Assembly: GCA_951406725.2 (NCBI GenBank)
Contig: OX597830.1
Span: forward strand, 1,860,001-1,924,000
DNA length: 64,000 bases
From: Octopus vulgaris
Taxonomy: Eukaryota
Direction: 5' to 3'
Shown here: positions 1-15,000 of the stretch, in pieces
Position numbering within the stretch: the first letter of the stretch is position 1
How the letters are laid out: each line of letters opens with the position of its first letter
Translations under genes and position numbers: made by a program
Notes under the pieces: model-generated
Told to the model about the DNA's origin: nothing
Database searches by the model: none
Seen by the model: the letters and a program-made list of their open reading frames with translations, nothing else

Positions 1-3000
1 CAAATTTGATTGCAAAGAATTCAAATTTGATTGCAAAGAATTCAAATTTGATTGCAAAGAATTCAAATTTGATAGCAAAGAATTCAAATTTGATTACAAA
101 GAATTCAAATTTGATTGCAAAGAATTCAAATATGATTGCAAAGAATTCATATATGTTTGCAAAGAATTCAAATTTGATTGCAAAGAATTCTAATTTGATT
201 GTAAATTATTCAAATATGCTTGCAAAGAATTCAAATTTGATGGCAAAGAATTCAAATTTGATTGCAAAGAATTTAAATTTGATTGCTAAGAATTCAAATA
301 TGATTTCAAAGAATTCAAATTTGATTACAAAGAATTCAAATTTGATAGCAAAGAATTCAAATTTGATTACAAATAATTCAAATTTGATTGCAAAGAATTC
401 AAATTTGATTGCAAAGAATTCAAATATGTTTTCAAAGAATTCAAATTTGATTGCAAAGAATTCTAATTTGATTGTAAATTATTCAAATATGCTTGCAAAG
501 AATTCAAATTTGATGGCAAAGAATTCAAATTTGATTGCAAAGAATTTAAATTTGATTGCAAAGAATTCAAATATGATTTCAAAGAATTCAAATTTGTTTG
601 CAAAGAATTCTAATTTGATTGCAAAGTATTCAAATATGATTGCAAAGAATTCAAATTTGATGGCAAAGAATTCAAATTTGATTGCAAAGAATTCAAATTT
701 GATTGTAAAGAATTTAAATATGATTGCAAAGAATTCAAATTTGATTGCAAAGAATTCAAATATGATTGCAAAGAATTCAAATATGATTGCAAAGAATTCT
801 AATTTGATTGCAAAGGATTCAAATTTGATTGCAAACAATTCAAATTTGATTGTGAAGAATTCTAATTTGATTGCAAAGAATTCAGATTTGATTGCAAAGA
901 AATCAAATTTGATTGCAAAGAATTCAAATTTGATTGCAAAGTATTCAAATTTGATTGCGAAGAATTCGAATTTGATTGCAAAGAATTCAAAATTGATTGC
1001 AAAGAATTCTAATTTGATTGCAAAGTATTCAGATTTGATTGCAAAGAATTCAAATTTGATTGCAAAGAATTCAAATTTGATTGCAAAGAATTCTAATTTG
1101 ATTGCAAAGAATTCAAATTTGATTGCAAAGAATTCAAATTTGATTGCAAAGTGTTCTAATTTGATTGCAAAGAATTCAAATATGATTGCAAAGTATTCAA
1201 ATTTGATTGCAAAGAATTCAAATTTGATGGCAAAGAATTCAAATTTGATTGCAAAGGATTCAAATTTGATTGCAAAGTATTCAAATATGATTGCAAAGAA
1301 TTCAAGTTTGATTGCAAAGAATTCAAATTTGATTAGAAAGAATTCAAATTTGATTGCAAAAAATTCAAATTTGATTGCAAAGAATTCAAATTTGATTGCA
1401 AAGAATTCAAATTTGATTGGAAAGAATTCAAATTTGATTGCAAAGAAATCAAATTTGATTGCAAAGAATTCAAATTTGATTGCAAAGAATTCAAATTTGA
1501 TTGGAAAGTATTCAAATTTGACTACAAATAATTCAAATTTGATTTCAAAGAATTCAAATTTGATTGCAAAGAATTCAAATTTGATTGGAATGAATTCAAA
1601 TTTGACTACAAATAATTCAAATTTGATTGCAAAGAATTCAAATTTGATTGCAAAGAATTTAAATTTGATTGCAAAGAATTCAAATTTGATTGCAAAGAAT
1701 TCAAATTTGATTGCAAAGAATTCAAATTTGATTGCAAAGCATTCAAATTTGATTTCAAAGAATTCAAATTTGATTGCAAAGAATTCAAATTTGATTGCAA
1801 AGAATTCAAATTTGATTGCAAAGAATTCAAATTTGATTGCAAAGAGTTCAAATTTGATTGGAAAGAATTCAAATTTGACTACAAAGAATTCAAATTTGAT
1901 TGCAAAGAATTCAAATTTGATTGCAAAGAATTCTAATTTGATTGGAAAGAATTCAAATTTGATTGCAAAGAATTCAAATTTGATTGCAAAGAATTCAAAT
2001 TTGATTGCAAAGAATTCAAATTTGATTACAAAGAATTCAAATTTGATTACAAAGAATTCAAATTTGATAGCAAAGAATTCAAATTTGATTACAAAGAATT
2101 CAAATTTGATTGCAAAGAATTCAAATATGATTGCAAAGAATTCAAATATGTTTGCAAAGAATTCAAATTTGATTGCAAAGAATTCTAATTTGATTGTAAA
2201 TTATTCAAATATGCTTGCAAAGAATTCAAATTTGATGGCAAAGAATTCAAACTTGATTGCAAAGAATTTAAATTTGATTGCAAAGAATTCAAATATGATT
2301 TCAAAGAATTCAAATTTGTTTGCAAAGAATTCTAATTTGATTGCAAAGTATTCAAATATGATTGCAAAGAATTCAAATTTGATGGCAAAGAATTCAAATT
2401 TGATTGCAAAGAATTCAAATTTGATTGTAAAGAATTTAAATATGATTGCAAAGAATTCAAATTTGATTGCAAAGAATTCAAATATGATTGCAAAGAATTC
2501 AAATATGATTGCAAAGAATTCTAATTTGATTGCAAAGGATTCAAATTTGATTGCAAACAATTCAAATTTGATTGTGAAGAATTCTAATTTGATTGCAAAG
2601 AATTCAGATTTGATTGCAAAGAATTCAAATTTGATTGCAAAGAATTCAAATTTGATTGCAAAGTATTCAAATTTGATTGCAAAGAGTTTAAATTTGATTG
2701 GAAAGAATTCAAATTTGACTACAAAGAATTCAAATTTGATTGCAAAGAATTCAAATTTGATTGCAAAGAATTCTAATTTGATTGGAAAGAATTCAAATTT
2801 GATTGCAAAGAATTCAAATTTGATTGCAAAGAATTCAAATTTGATTGCAAAGAATTCAAATTTGATTGCAAAGAAATCAAATTTGATTGCAATGAAATCA
2901 AATTTGATTGCAAAGAATTCAAATTTGATTACAAAGAATTCAAATTTGATTACAAAGAATTCAAATTTGATAGCAAAGAATTCAAATTTGATTACAAAGA

Positions 3001-6000
3001 ATTCAAATTTGATTGCAAAGAATTCAAATATGATTGCAAAGAATTCAAATATGTTTGCAAAGAATTCAAATTTGATTGCAAAGAATTCTAATTTGATTGC
3101 AAAGAATTTAAATTTGATTGCTAAGAATTCAAATATGATTTCAAAGAATTCAAATTTGTTTGCAAAGAATTCTAATTTGATTGCAAAGTATTCAAATATG
3201 ATTGCAAAGAATTCAAATTTGATGGCAAAGAATTCAAATTTGATTGCAAAGAATTCAAATTTGATTGTAAAGAATTCAAATATGATTGCAAAGAATTCAA
3301 ATTTGATTGCAAAGAATTCAAATATGATTGCAAATAATTCTAATTTGATTACAAAGAAATCAAATTTGATTGCAAAGAAATCAAATTTGATTGCAAAGAA
3401 TTCAAATTTGATTACAAAGATTTCAAATTTGATTACAAAGAATTCAAATTTGATTGCAAAGAATTCAAATTTGTTTGCAAAGAATTCAAATTTGATTGCA
3501 AAAAATTCAGATTTGATTACAAAGAATTCAAATTTGATTACAAAGAAATCAAATTTGATTGCAAAGAATTCAAATTTGTTTGCAAAGAATTCAAATTTGA
3601 TTGCAAAGAATTCAAATTTGATTGCAAAGAATTCAAATTTGCAAAGAATTCAAATTTGATTTCAAAGAATTCAAATTTGATTGCAAAGAATTCAAATTTG
3701 ATTGCAAAGAATTCAAATTTGATTGCAAAGAATTCAAATTTGATTACAAAGAATTCAAATTTGATTGCAAAGAATTCAAATTTAATTGCAAAGAATTCAA
3801 ATTTGATTGCAAAGAATTCAAATTTGATTGCAAAGAATTCAAATTTGATTGGAAAGAATTCAAATTTGATTGCAAAGAATTCAAATTTGATTGCAAAGAA
3901 ATCAAATTTGATTGCAAAGAATTCAAATTTTATTGCAAAGAATTCAAATTTGATTACAAAGAAATCAAATTTGATTGCAAAGAAATCAAATTTGATTGCA
4001 AAGAATACAAATTTGATTACAAAGAATTCAAATTTGATTACTTAAGAATTCAAATTTGATTGCAAAGAATTCAAATTTGTTTGCAAAGAATTCAAATTTG
4101 ATTGCAAAGAATTCAAATTTGATTACAAAGAATTCAAATTTGATTGCAAAGAATTCAAATTTGATTGCAAAGAATTCAAATTTGATTGCAAAGAATTCAA
4201 ATTTGATTGCAAAGAATTTAAATTTGATTACAAAGAATTCAAATTTGATTGCAAAGAATTCAAATTTAATTGCAAAGAAATCAAATTTGATTGCAAAGAA
4301 TTCAAATTTGATTACAAAGATTTCAAATTTGATTACAAAGAATTCAAATTTGATTGCAAAGAATTCAAATTTGTTTGCAAAGAATTCAAATTTGATTGCA
4401 AAGAATTCAAATTTGATTACAAAGAATTCAAATTTGATTCCAAAGAATTCAAATTTGATTGCAAAGAATTCAAATTTGATTGCAAAGAATTCAAATTTGA
4501 TTGCAAAGAATTCAAATTTGATTGCAAAGAATTCAAATTTGATAGCAAAGAATTCAAATTTGATTACAAAGAATTCAAATTTGATTGCAAAGAATTCAAA
4601 TATGATTGCAAAGAATTCAAATATGTTTGCAAAGAATTCAAATTTGATTGCAAAGAATTCTAATTTGATTGTAAATTATTCAAATATGCTTGCAAAGAAT
4701 TCAAATTTGATGGCAAAGAATTCAAATTTGATTGCAAAGAATTTAAATTTGATTGCTAAGAATTCAAATATGATTTCAAAGAATTCAAATTTGATTACAA
4801 AGAATTCAAATTTGATAGCAAAGAATTCAAATTTGATTACAAATAATTCAAATTTGATTGCAAAGAATTCAAATTTGATTGCAAAGAATTCAAATATGTT
4901 TTCAAAGAATTCAAATTTGATTGCAAAGAATTCTAATTTGATTGTAAATTATTCAAATATGCTTGCAAAGAATTCAAATTTGATGGCAAAGAATTCAAAT
5001 TTGATTGCAAAGAATTTAAATTTGATTGCAAAGAATTCAAATATGATTTCAAAGAATTCAAATTTGTTTGCAAAGAATTCTAATTTGATTGCAAAGTATT
5101 CAAATATGATTGCAAAGAATTCAAATTTGATGGCAAAGAATTCAAATTTGATTGCAAAGAATTCAAATTTGATTGTAAAGAATTCAAATATGATTGCAAA
5201 GAATTCAAATTTGATTGCAAAGAATTCAAATATGATTGCAAAGAATTCAAATATGATTGCAAAGAATTCTAATTTGATTGCAAAGGATTCAAATTTGATT
5301 GCAAACAATTCAAATTTGATTGTGAAGAATTCTAATTTGATTGCAAAGAATTCAGATTTGATTGCAAAGAATTCAAATTTGATTGCAAAGAATTCAAATT
5401 TGATTGCAAAGTATTCAAATTTGATTGCTAAGAATTCGAATTTGATTGCAAAGAATTCAAAATTGATTGCAAATTATTCTAATTTGATTGCAAAGTATTC
5501 AGATTTGATTGCAAAGAATTCAAATTTGATTGCAAAGAATTCAAATTTGATTGCAAAGAATTCTAATTTGATTGCAAAGAATTCAAATTTGATTGCAAAG
5601 AATTCAAATTTGATTGCAAAGTGTTCTAATTTGATTGCAAAGAATTCAAATATGATTGCAAAGTATTCAAATTTGATTGCAAAGAATTCAAATTTGATGG
5701 CAAAGAATTCAAATTTGATTGCAAAGGATTCAAATTTGATTGCAAAGTATTCAAATATGATTGCAAAGAATTCAAATATGATTGCAAAGAATTCTAATTT
5801 GATTGCAAAGGATTCTAATTTGATTGCAAAGAATTCTAATTTGATTGCAAAGAATTCAAATTTGATTGCAAAGAATTCTAATCTGATTGCAAAGAATTCA
5901 AATTTGATTGCAAAGAATTCAAATTTGATTGCAAAGTATTCTAATTTGATTGCAAAGAATTCAAATATGATTGCAAAGTATTCAAATTTGATTGCAAAGA

Positions 6001-9000
6001 ATTCAAATTTTATGGCAAAGAATTCAAATTTAATTGCAAAGGATTCAAATTTGATTGCAAAGTATTCAAATTTGATTGCAAAGAATTATAATTTGATTGC
6101 AAAGAATTCAAATTTGATTGCAAAGAATTTTAAATTGATTGTAAAGAATTCAAATTTGATTGCAAAGAATTTTAAATTGATTGCAAAGAATTCAAATTTG
6201 ATTGCAAAGAATTTTTATTTGATTGCAAAGAATTCAAATTTGATTGCAAAGAATTCAAATTTGATTGCAAAGAATTCTAATTTGATTGCAAAGAATTCAG
6301 ATTTGATTGCAAAGAATTCAAATTTGATTGCAAAGAATTCAAATTTGATTGCAAAGAATTCAAATTTGATTGCAAAGTATTCAAATTTGATTGCGAAGAA
6401 TTCAAATTTGATTGCAAAGAATTCAATTTTGATTGCAAAGAATTCTAATTTGATTGCAAAGAATTCAAATTTGATTGCAAAGAATTCTAATTTGATTGCA
6501 AAGAATTCAAATTTGATTGCAAAGAAATCAAATTTGATTGCAAAGTATTCTAATTTGATTGCAAAGTATTCAAATATGATTGCAAAGTATTCAAATTTGA
6601 TTGCAAAGAATTCAAATTTGATGGCAAAGAATTCAAATTTGATTGCAAAGGATTCAAATTTGATTGCAAAGTATTCAAATATGATTGCAAAGAATTCAAA
6701 TATGATTGCAAAGAATTCAAATTTGATTGCAAAGAATTCAAATTTGATTGCAAAGAATTCAAATTTGATTGCAAAGAATTCTAATTTGATTGCAAAGAAT
6801 TCAAATTTGATTGCAAAGAATTCAAATTTGATTGCAAAGTATTCTAATTTGATTGCAAAGAATTCAAATATGATTGCAAAGTATTCTAATTTGATTGCAA
6901 AGAATTCAAATTTTATGGCAAAGAATTCAAATTTAATTGCAAAGGATTCAAATTTGATTGCAAAGTATTCAAATATGATTGCAAAGAATTCAAATATGAT
7001 TGCAAAGAATTCTAATTTGATTGCAAAGGATTCAAATTTGATTGCAAACAATTCAAATTTGATTGTGAAGAATTCTAATATGATTGCAAAGAATTCTAAT
7101 CTGATTGCAAAGAATTCAAATTTGATTGCAAAGAATTCAAATTTGATTGCAAAGTATTCTAATTTGATTGCAAAGAATTCAAATATGATTGCAAAGAATT
7201 CTAATTTGATTGGAAAGAATTCAAATTTGATTGCAAAGAATTCAAATTTGATTGCAAAGAATTCAAATTTGATTGCAAAGAATTCAAATTTGATTGCAAA
7301 GAAATCAAATTTGATTGCAATGAAATCAAATTTGATTGCAAAGAATTCAAATTTGATTACAAAGAATGCAAATTTGATTACAAAGAATTCAAATTTGATA
7401 GCAAAGAATTCAAATTTGATTACAAAGAATTCAAATTTGATTGCAAAGAATTCAAATTTGATTGCAAAGAATTCAAATTTGATTGCAAAGAATTCAAATT
7501 TGATTGCAAAGAATTCAAATTTGATTGCAAAGAGTTTAAATTTGATTGGAAAGAATTCAAATTTGACTACAAAGAATTCAAATTTGATTGCAAAAGAATT
7601 CAAATTTGATTGCAAAGAATTCTAATTTGATTGGAAAGAATTCAAATTTGATTGCAAAGAATTCAAATTTGATTGCAAAGAATTCAAATTTGATTGCAAA
7701 GAATTCAAATTTGATTGCAAAGAAATCAAATTTGATTGCAATGAAATCAAATTTGTTTGCAAAGAATTCAAATTTGATTACAAAGAATTCAAATTTGATT
7801 ACAAAGTATTCAAATTTGATAGCAAAGAATTCAAATTTGATTACAAAGAATTCAAATTTGATTGCAAAGAATTCAAATTTGATTGCAAAGAATTCAAATA
7901 TGTTTGCAAAGAATTCAAATTTGATTGCAAAGAATTCTAATTTGATTGTAAATTATTCAAATATGCTTGCAAAGAATTCAAATTTGATGGCAAAGAATTC
8001 AAATTTGATTGCAAAGAATTTAAATTTGATTGCAAAGAATTCAAATATGATTTCAAAGAATTCAAATTTGTTTGCAAAGAATTCTAATTTGATTGCAAAG
8101 TATTCAAATATGATTGCAAAGAATTCAAATTTGATGGCAAAGAATTCAAATTTGATTGCAAAGAATTCAAATTTGATTGTAAAGAATTCAAATATGATTG
8201 CAAAGAATTCAAATTTGATTGCAAAGAATTCAAATATGATTGCAAAGAATTCAAATATGATTGCAAAGTATTCTAATTTGATTGCAAAGGATTCAAATTT
8301 GATTGCAAACAATTCAAATTTGATTGCAAAGTATTCAAATTTGATTGCTAAGAATTCAAATTTGATTGCAAAGAATTCAATTTTGATTGCAAAGAATTCT
8401 AATTTGATTGCAAAGAATTCAAATTTGATTGCAAAGAATTCTAATTTGATTGCAAAGAATTCAAATTTGATTGCAAAGAAATCAAATTTGATTGCAAAGT
8501 ATTCTAATTTGATTGCAAAGTATTCAAATATGATTGCAAAGTATTCAAATTTGATTGCAAAGAATTCAAATTTGATGGCAAAGAATTCAAATTTGATTCC
8601 AAAGGATTCAAATTTGATTGCAAAGTATTCAAATATGATTGCAAAGAATTCAAATATGATTGCAAAGAATTCTAATTTGATTGCAAAGGATTCAAATTTG
8701 ATTGCAAAGAATTCAAATTTGATTGCAAAGAATTCAAATTTGATTGCAAAGAATTCTAATTTGATTGCAAAGAATTCAAATTTGATTGCAAAGAATTCAA
8801 ATTTGATTGCAAAGTATTCTAATTTGATTGCAAAGAATTCAAATATGATTGCAAAGTATTCTAATTTGATTGCAAAGAATTCAAATTTTATGGCAAAGAA
8901 TTCAAATTTGATTGCAAAGAATTCAAATTTGATTGCAAAGAAATCAAATTTGATTGCAAAGTATTCTAATTTGATTGCAAAGTATTCAAATATGATTGCA

Positions 9001-12000
9001 AAGTATTCAAATTTGATTGCAAAGAATTCAAATTTGATGGCAAAGAATTCAAATTTGATTGCAAAGGATTCAAATTTGATTGCAAAGTATTCAAATATGA
9101 TTGCAAAGAATTCAAATATGATTGCAAAGAATTCTAATTTGATTGCAAAGGATTCAAATTTGATTGCAAAGAATTCAAATTTGATTGCAAAGAATTCAAA
9201 TTTGATTGCAAAGAATTCTAATTTGATTGCAAAGAATTCAAATTTGATTGCAAAGAATTCAAATTTGATTGCAAAGTATTCTAATTTGATTGCAAAGAAT
9301 TCAAATATGATTGCAAAGTATTCTAATTTGATTGCAAAGAATTCAAATTTTATGGCAAAGAATTCAAATTTAATTGCAAAGGATTCAAATTTGATTGCAA
9401 AGTATTCAAATATGATTGCAAAGAATTCAAATATGATTGCAAAGAATTCTAATTTGATTGCAAAGGATTCAAATTTGATTGCAAACAATTCAAATTTGAT
9501 TGTGAAGAATTCTAATTTGATTGCAAAGAATTCTAATCTGATTGCAAAGAATTCAAATTTGATTGCAAAGAATTCAAATTTGATTGCAAAGTATTCTAAT
9601 TTGATTGCAAAGAATTCAAATATGATTGCAAAGAATTCTAATTTGATTGGAAAGAATTCAAATTTGATTGCAAAGAATTCAAATTTGATTGCAAAGAATT
9701 CAAATTTGATTGCAAAGAATTCAAATTTGATTGCAAAGAAATCAAATTTGATTGCAATGAAATCAAATTTGATTGCAAAGAATTCAAATTTGATTACAAA
9801 GAATGCAAATTTGATTACAAAGAATTCAAATTTGATAGCAAAGAATTCAAATTTGATTACAAAGAATTCAAATTTGATTGCAAAGAATTCAAATTTGATT
9901 GCAAAGAATTCAAATTTGATTGCAAAGAATTCAAATTTGATTGCAAAGAATTCAAATTTGATTGCAAAGAGTTTAAATTTGATTGGAAAGAATTCAAATT
10001 TGACTACAAAGAATTCAAATTTGATTGCAAAGAATTCAAATTTGATTGCAAAGAATTCTAATTTGATTGGAAAGAATTCAAATTTGATTGCAAAGAATTC
10101 AAATTTGATTGCAAAGAATTCAAATTTGATTGCAAAAATTCAAATTTGATTGCAAAGAAATCAAATTTGATTGCAATGAAATCAAATTTGTTTGCAAAGA
10201 ATTCAAATTTGATTGCAAAGAATTCAAATTTGATTACAAAGAATTCAAATTTGATAGCAAAGAATTCAAATTTGATTACAAAGAATTCAAATTTGATTGC
10301 AAAGAATTCAAATTTGATTGCAAAGAATTCAAATATGTTTGCAAAGAATTCAAATTTGATTGCAAAGAATTCTAATTTGATTGTAAATTATTCAAATATG
10401 CTTGCAAAGAATTCAAATTTGATGGCAAAGAATTCAAATTTGATTGCAAAGAATTTAAATTTGATTGCAAAGAATTCAAATATGATTTCAAAGAATTCAA
10501 ATTTGTTTGCAAAGAATTCTAATTTGATTGCAAAGTATTCAAATATGATTGCAAAGAATTCAAATTTGATGGCAAAGAATTCAAATTTGATTGCAAAGAA
10601 TTCAAATTTGATTGTAAAGAATTCAAATATGATTGCAAAGAATTCAAATTTGATTGCAAAGAATTCAAATATGATTGCAAAGAATTCAAATATGATTGCA
10701 AAGTATTCTAATTTGATTGCAAAGGATTCAAATTTGATTGCAAACAATTCAAATTTGATTGCAAAGTATTCAAATTTGATTGCGAAGAATTCAAATTTGA
10801 TTGCAAAGAATTCAATTTTGATTGCAAAGAATTCTAATTTGATTGCAAAGAATTCAAATTTGATTGCAAAGAATTCTAATTTGATTGCAAAGAATTCAAA
10901 TTTGATTGCAAAGAAATCAAATTTGATTGCAAAAAGTATTCTAATTTGATTGCAAAGTATTCAAATATGATTGCAAAGTATTCAAATTTGATTGCAAAGA
11001 ATTCAAATTTGATGGCAAAGAATTCAAATTTGATTCCAAAGGATTCAAATTTGATTGCAAAGTATTCAAATATGATTGCAAAGAATTCAAATATGATTGC
11101 AAAGAATTCTAATTTGATTGCAAAGGATTCAAATTTGATTGCAAAGAATTCAAATTTGATTGCAAAGAATTCAAATTTGATTGCAAAGAATTCTAATTTG
11201 ATTGCAAAGAATTCAAATTTGATTGCAAAGAATTCAAATTTGATTGCAAAGTGTTCTAATTTGATTGCAAAGAATTCAAATATGATTGCAAAGTATTCAA
11301 ATTTGATTGCAAAGAATTCAAATTTTATGGCAAAGAATTCAAATTTAATTGCAAAGGATTCAAATTTGATTGCAAAGTATTCAAATATGATTGCAAAGAA
11401 TTCAAATATGATTGCAAAGAATTCTAATTTGATTGCAAAGGATTCAAATTTGATTGCAAACAATTCAAATTTGATTGTGAAGAATTCTAATTTGATTGCA
11501 AAGAATTCTAATCTGATTGCAAAGAATTCAAATTTGATTGCAAAGAATTCAAATTTGATTGCAAAGTATTCTAATTTGATTGCAAAGAATTCAAATATGA
11601 TTGCAAAGTATTCAAATTTGATTGCAAAGAATTCAAATTTTATGGCAAAGAATTCAAATTTAATTGCAAAGGATTCAAATTTGATTGCAAAGTATTCAAA
11701 TTTGATTGCAAAGAATTATAATTTGATTGCAAAGAATTCAAATTTGATTGCAAAGAATTTTAAATTGATTGTAAAGAATTCAAATTTGATTGCAAAGAAT
11801 TTTAAATTGATTGCAAAGAATTCAAATTTGATTGCAAAGAATTTTTATTTGATTGCAAAGAATTCTAATTTGATTGCAAAGAATTCAAATTTGAGTGCAA
11901 AGATTTTTAATTTGATTGCAAATATTCAGATTTGATTGCAAAGAATTCAAATTTGATTGCAAAGAATTCAAATTTGATTGCAAAGAATTCAAATTTGATT

Positions 12001-15000
12001 GCAAAGGATTCAAATTTGATTGCAAAGTATTCAAATATGATTGCAAAGAATTCAAATATGATTGCAAAGAATTCTAATTTGATTGCAAAGGATTCAATTT
12101 TGATTGCAAAGAATTCAAATTTGATTGCAAAGAATTCAAATTTGATTGCAAAGAATTCTAATTTGATTGCAAAGAATTCAAATTTGATTGCAAAGAATTC
12201 AAATTTGATTGCAAAGTATTCTAATTTGATTGCAAAGAATTCAAATATGTTTGCAAAGTATTCTAATTTGATTGCAAAGAATTCAAATTTTATGGCAAAG
12301 AATTCAAATTTAATTGCAAAGGATTCAAATTTGATTGCAAAGTATTCAAATATGATTGCAAAGAATTCAAATATGATTGCAAAGAATTCTAATTTGATTG
12401 CAAAGGATTCAAATTTGATTGCAAACAATTCAAATTTGATTGTGAAGAATTCTAATTTGATTGCAAAGAATTCAGATTTGATTGCAAAGAATTCAAATTT
12501 GATTGCAAAGAATTCAAATTTGATTGCAAAGTATTCAAATTTGATTGCGAAGAATTCAAATTTGATTGCAAAGAATTCAATTTTGATTGCAAAGAATTCA
12601 AATTTGATTGCAAAGTATTCAAATTTGATTGCAAAGTATTCAAATTTGATTGCAAAGAATTCAAATTTGATTGCAAAGAATTCTAATTTGATTGCAAAGA
12701 ATTCATTTTTGATTGCAAGGATTTCTAATTTGTTTGCAAAGAATTCAAATTTGATTGCAAATAATTCTAATTTGATTGCAAAGAATTCAAATTTGATTGC
12801 AAAGAATTCTACTTTGATTGCAAAGAATTCAAATTTGATTGCAAAGAATTCAAATTTGATTGCAAAGAATTCTAATTTGATTGCAAAGAATTCAAATATG
12901 ATTGCAAAGAATTCCAATTTGATTGCAAAGAATTCAAATTTGATTGCAAAGAATTCAAATTTGATTGCAAAGAATACAAATTTGATTGCAAAGAATTCAA
13001 ATTTGATTGCGAAGAATTCAAATTTGAGTGCAAAGATTTTTAATTTGATTGCAAAAATTCAGATTTGATTGCAAAGAATTCAAATTTGATTGCAAAGAAT
13101 TCTAATATGATTGCAAAGAATTCAAATATGATTGCAAAGAATTCAAATTTGTTTGCAAAGAATTCAAATTTGATTGCAAAGAATTCAAATTTGATTGCAA
13201 AGAATTCAAATTTTATTGCAACGAATTCAATTTTGATTGCAAAGAATTCAAATTTGATTGCAATGAATTCAAATTTGATTGCAAAGAATTCAATTTTGAT
13301 TGCAACGAATTCAAATTTGATTGCAACGAATTTAAATTTGATTGGAAAGAATTCAAATTTGATGGCAAGGAATTCAAATTTGACTGGAAAAAATTCAAAT
13401 TTGATGGCAAAGAAGTTTAATTTGATTGCAAAGAATTCAAATTTGATTGCAAAGAATTCAAATTTGATTGCAAAGAATTCAAATTTGATTGCAAAGAATT
13501 CAAATTTGATTGCAAAGAATTCAAATTTGATTGCAAAGAATTCAAATTTGATTGCAAAGAATTCCAATTTGATTGCAAAGAATTCAAATTTGATTGCAAA
13601 GAATTCAAATTTGATTGCAAATAATTCAAATTTGATTGCAAAGAATTCAAATTTGATTGCAAAGAATTCAAATTTGATTGCAAAGAATTCAAATTTGATT
13701 GCAAAGAGTTCAAATTTGATTGGAAAGAATTCAAATTTGACTACAAAGAATTCAAATTTGATTGCAAAGAATTCAAATTTGATTGCAAAGAATTCTAATT
13801 TGATTGGAAAGAATTCAAATTTGATTGCAAAGAATTCAAATTTGATTGCAAAGAATTCAAATTTGATTGCAAAGAATTCAAATTTGATTGCAAAGAAATC
13901 AAATTTGATTGCAATGAAATCAAATTTGATTGCAAAGTATTCAAATTTGATNNNNNNNNNNNNNNNNNNNNNNNNNNNNNNNNNNNNNNNNNNNNNNNNN
14001 NNNNNNNNNNNNNNNNNNNNNNNNNNNNNNNNNNNNNNNNNNNNNNNNNNNAATTGCAAAGAATTCAAATTTGATTGCAAGAATTCAAATTTGATTGCAA
14101 AGAATTCAAATTTGATTGCAAAGAATTCAAATTTGATTGCAAAGAATTCAAATTTGATTGCAAAGAATTCAAATTTGATTGCAAATGAAATTCAAATTTG
14201 ATTGCAAAGAAATTCAAATTTGATTGCAAAGAAATTCAAATTTGATTGCAAAGGAATTCAAATTTGATTGCAAAGAATTCAAATTTTTTGATTCAAATTT
14301 GTTACCAAAGAATTCAAATTTGATTGCAAGAATTCAAATTTGATTGCAAAGAATTCAAATTTGATTGCAAAGAATTCAAATTTGATTGCAAAGAATTCAA
14401 ATTTGATTGCAAAGAATTCAAATTTGATTGCAAAGAATTCAAATTTGATTGAATTCAAATTTGATTGCAAAATTCAAATTTGATTGCAAAGAATTCAAAT
14501 TTGATTGGCAAAGAATTCAGAAATTTGATTGCAAATTTGATTCCAAAGAATTCAAATTTGATTTAAAAAATTCAAATTTGATTGCAAAGAATTCAAATTT
14601 GATTGCAAAGAATTCAAATTTGATTGCAAAGAATTCAAATTTGATTGCAAAGAATTCAAATTTGATTGCAAAATTCAAATTTGATTGCAAAAATTCAAAT
14701 TTGATTGTAAAGAAAAAATTCAAATTTGATTGCAAAGAATTCAAATTTGACTGCAAAAGAAATCAAATTTGATTGCAAATTTTATTGCAAAGAATTCAAA
14801 TTTGATTGCAAAGAATTCAAATTTGATTGCAAAGAATTCAAATTTGATTGCAAAGAATTCAAATTTGATTGCAAATAATTCAAATTTGATTGCAAGAATT
14901 CAAATTTGATTGCAAAGAATTCAAATTTGATTGCAAAGAATTCAAATTTGATTGCAAAGAATTCAAATTTGATTGCAAATATTCAAATTCAAATTTGATT

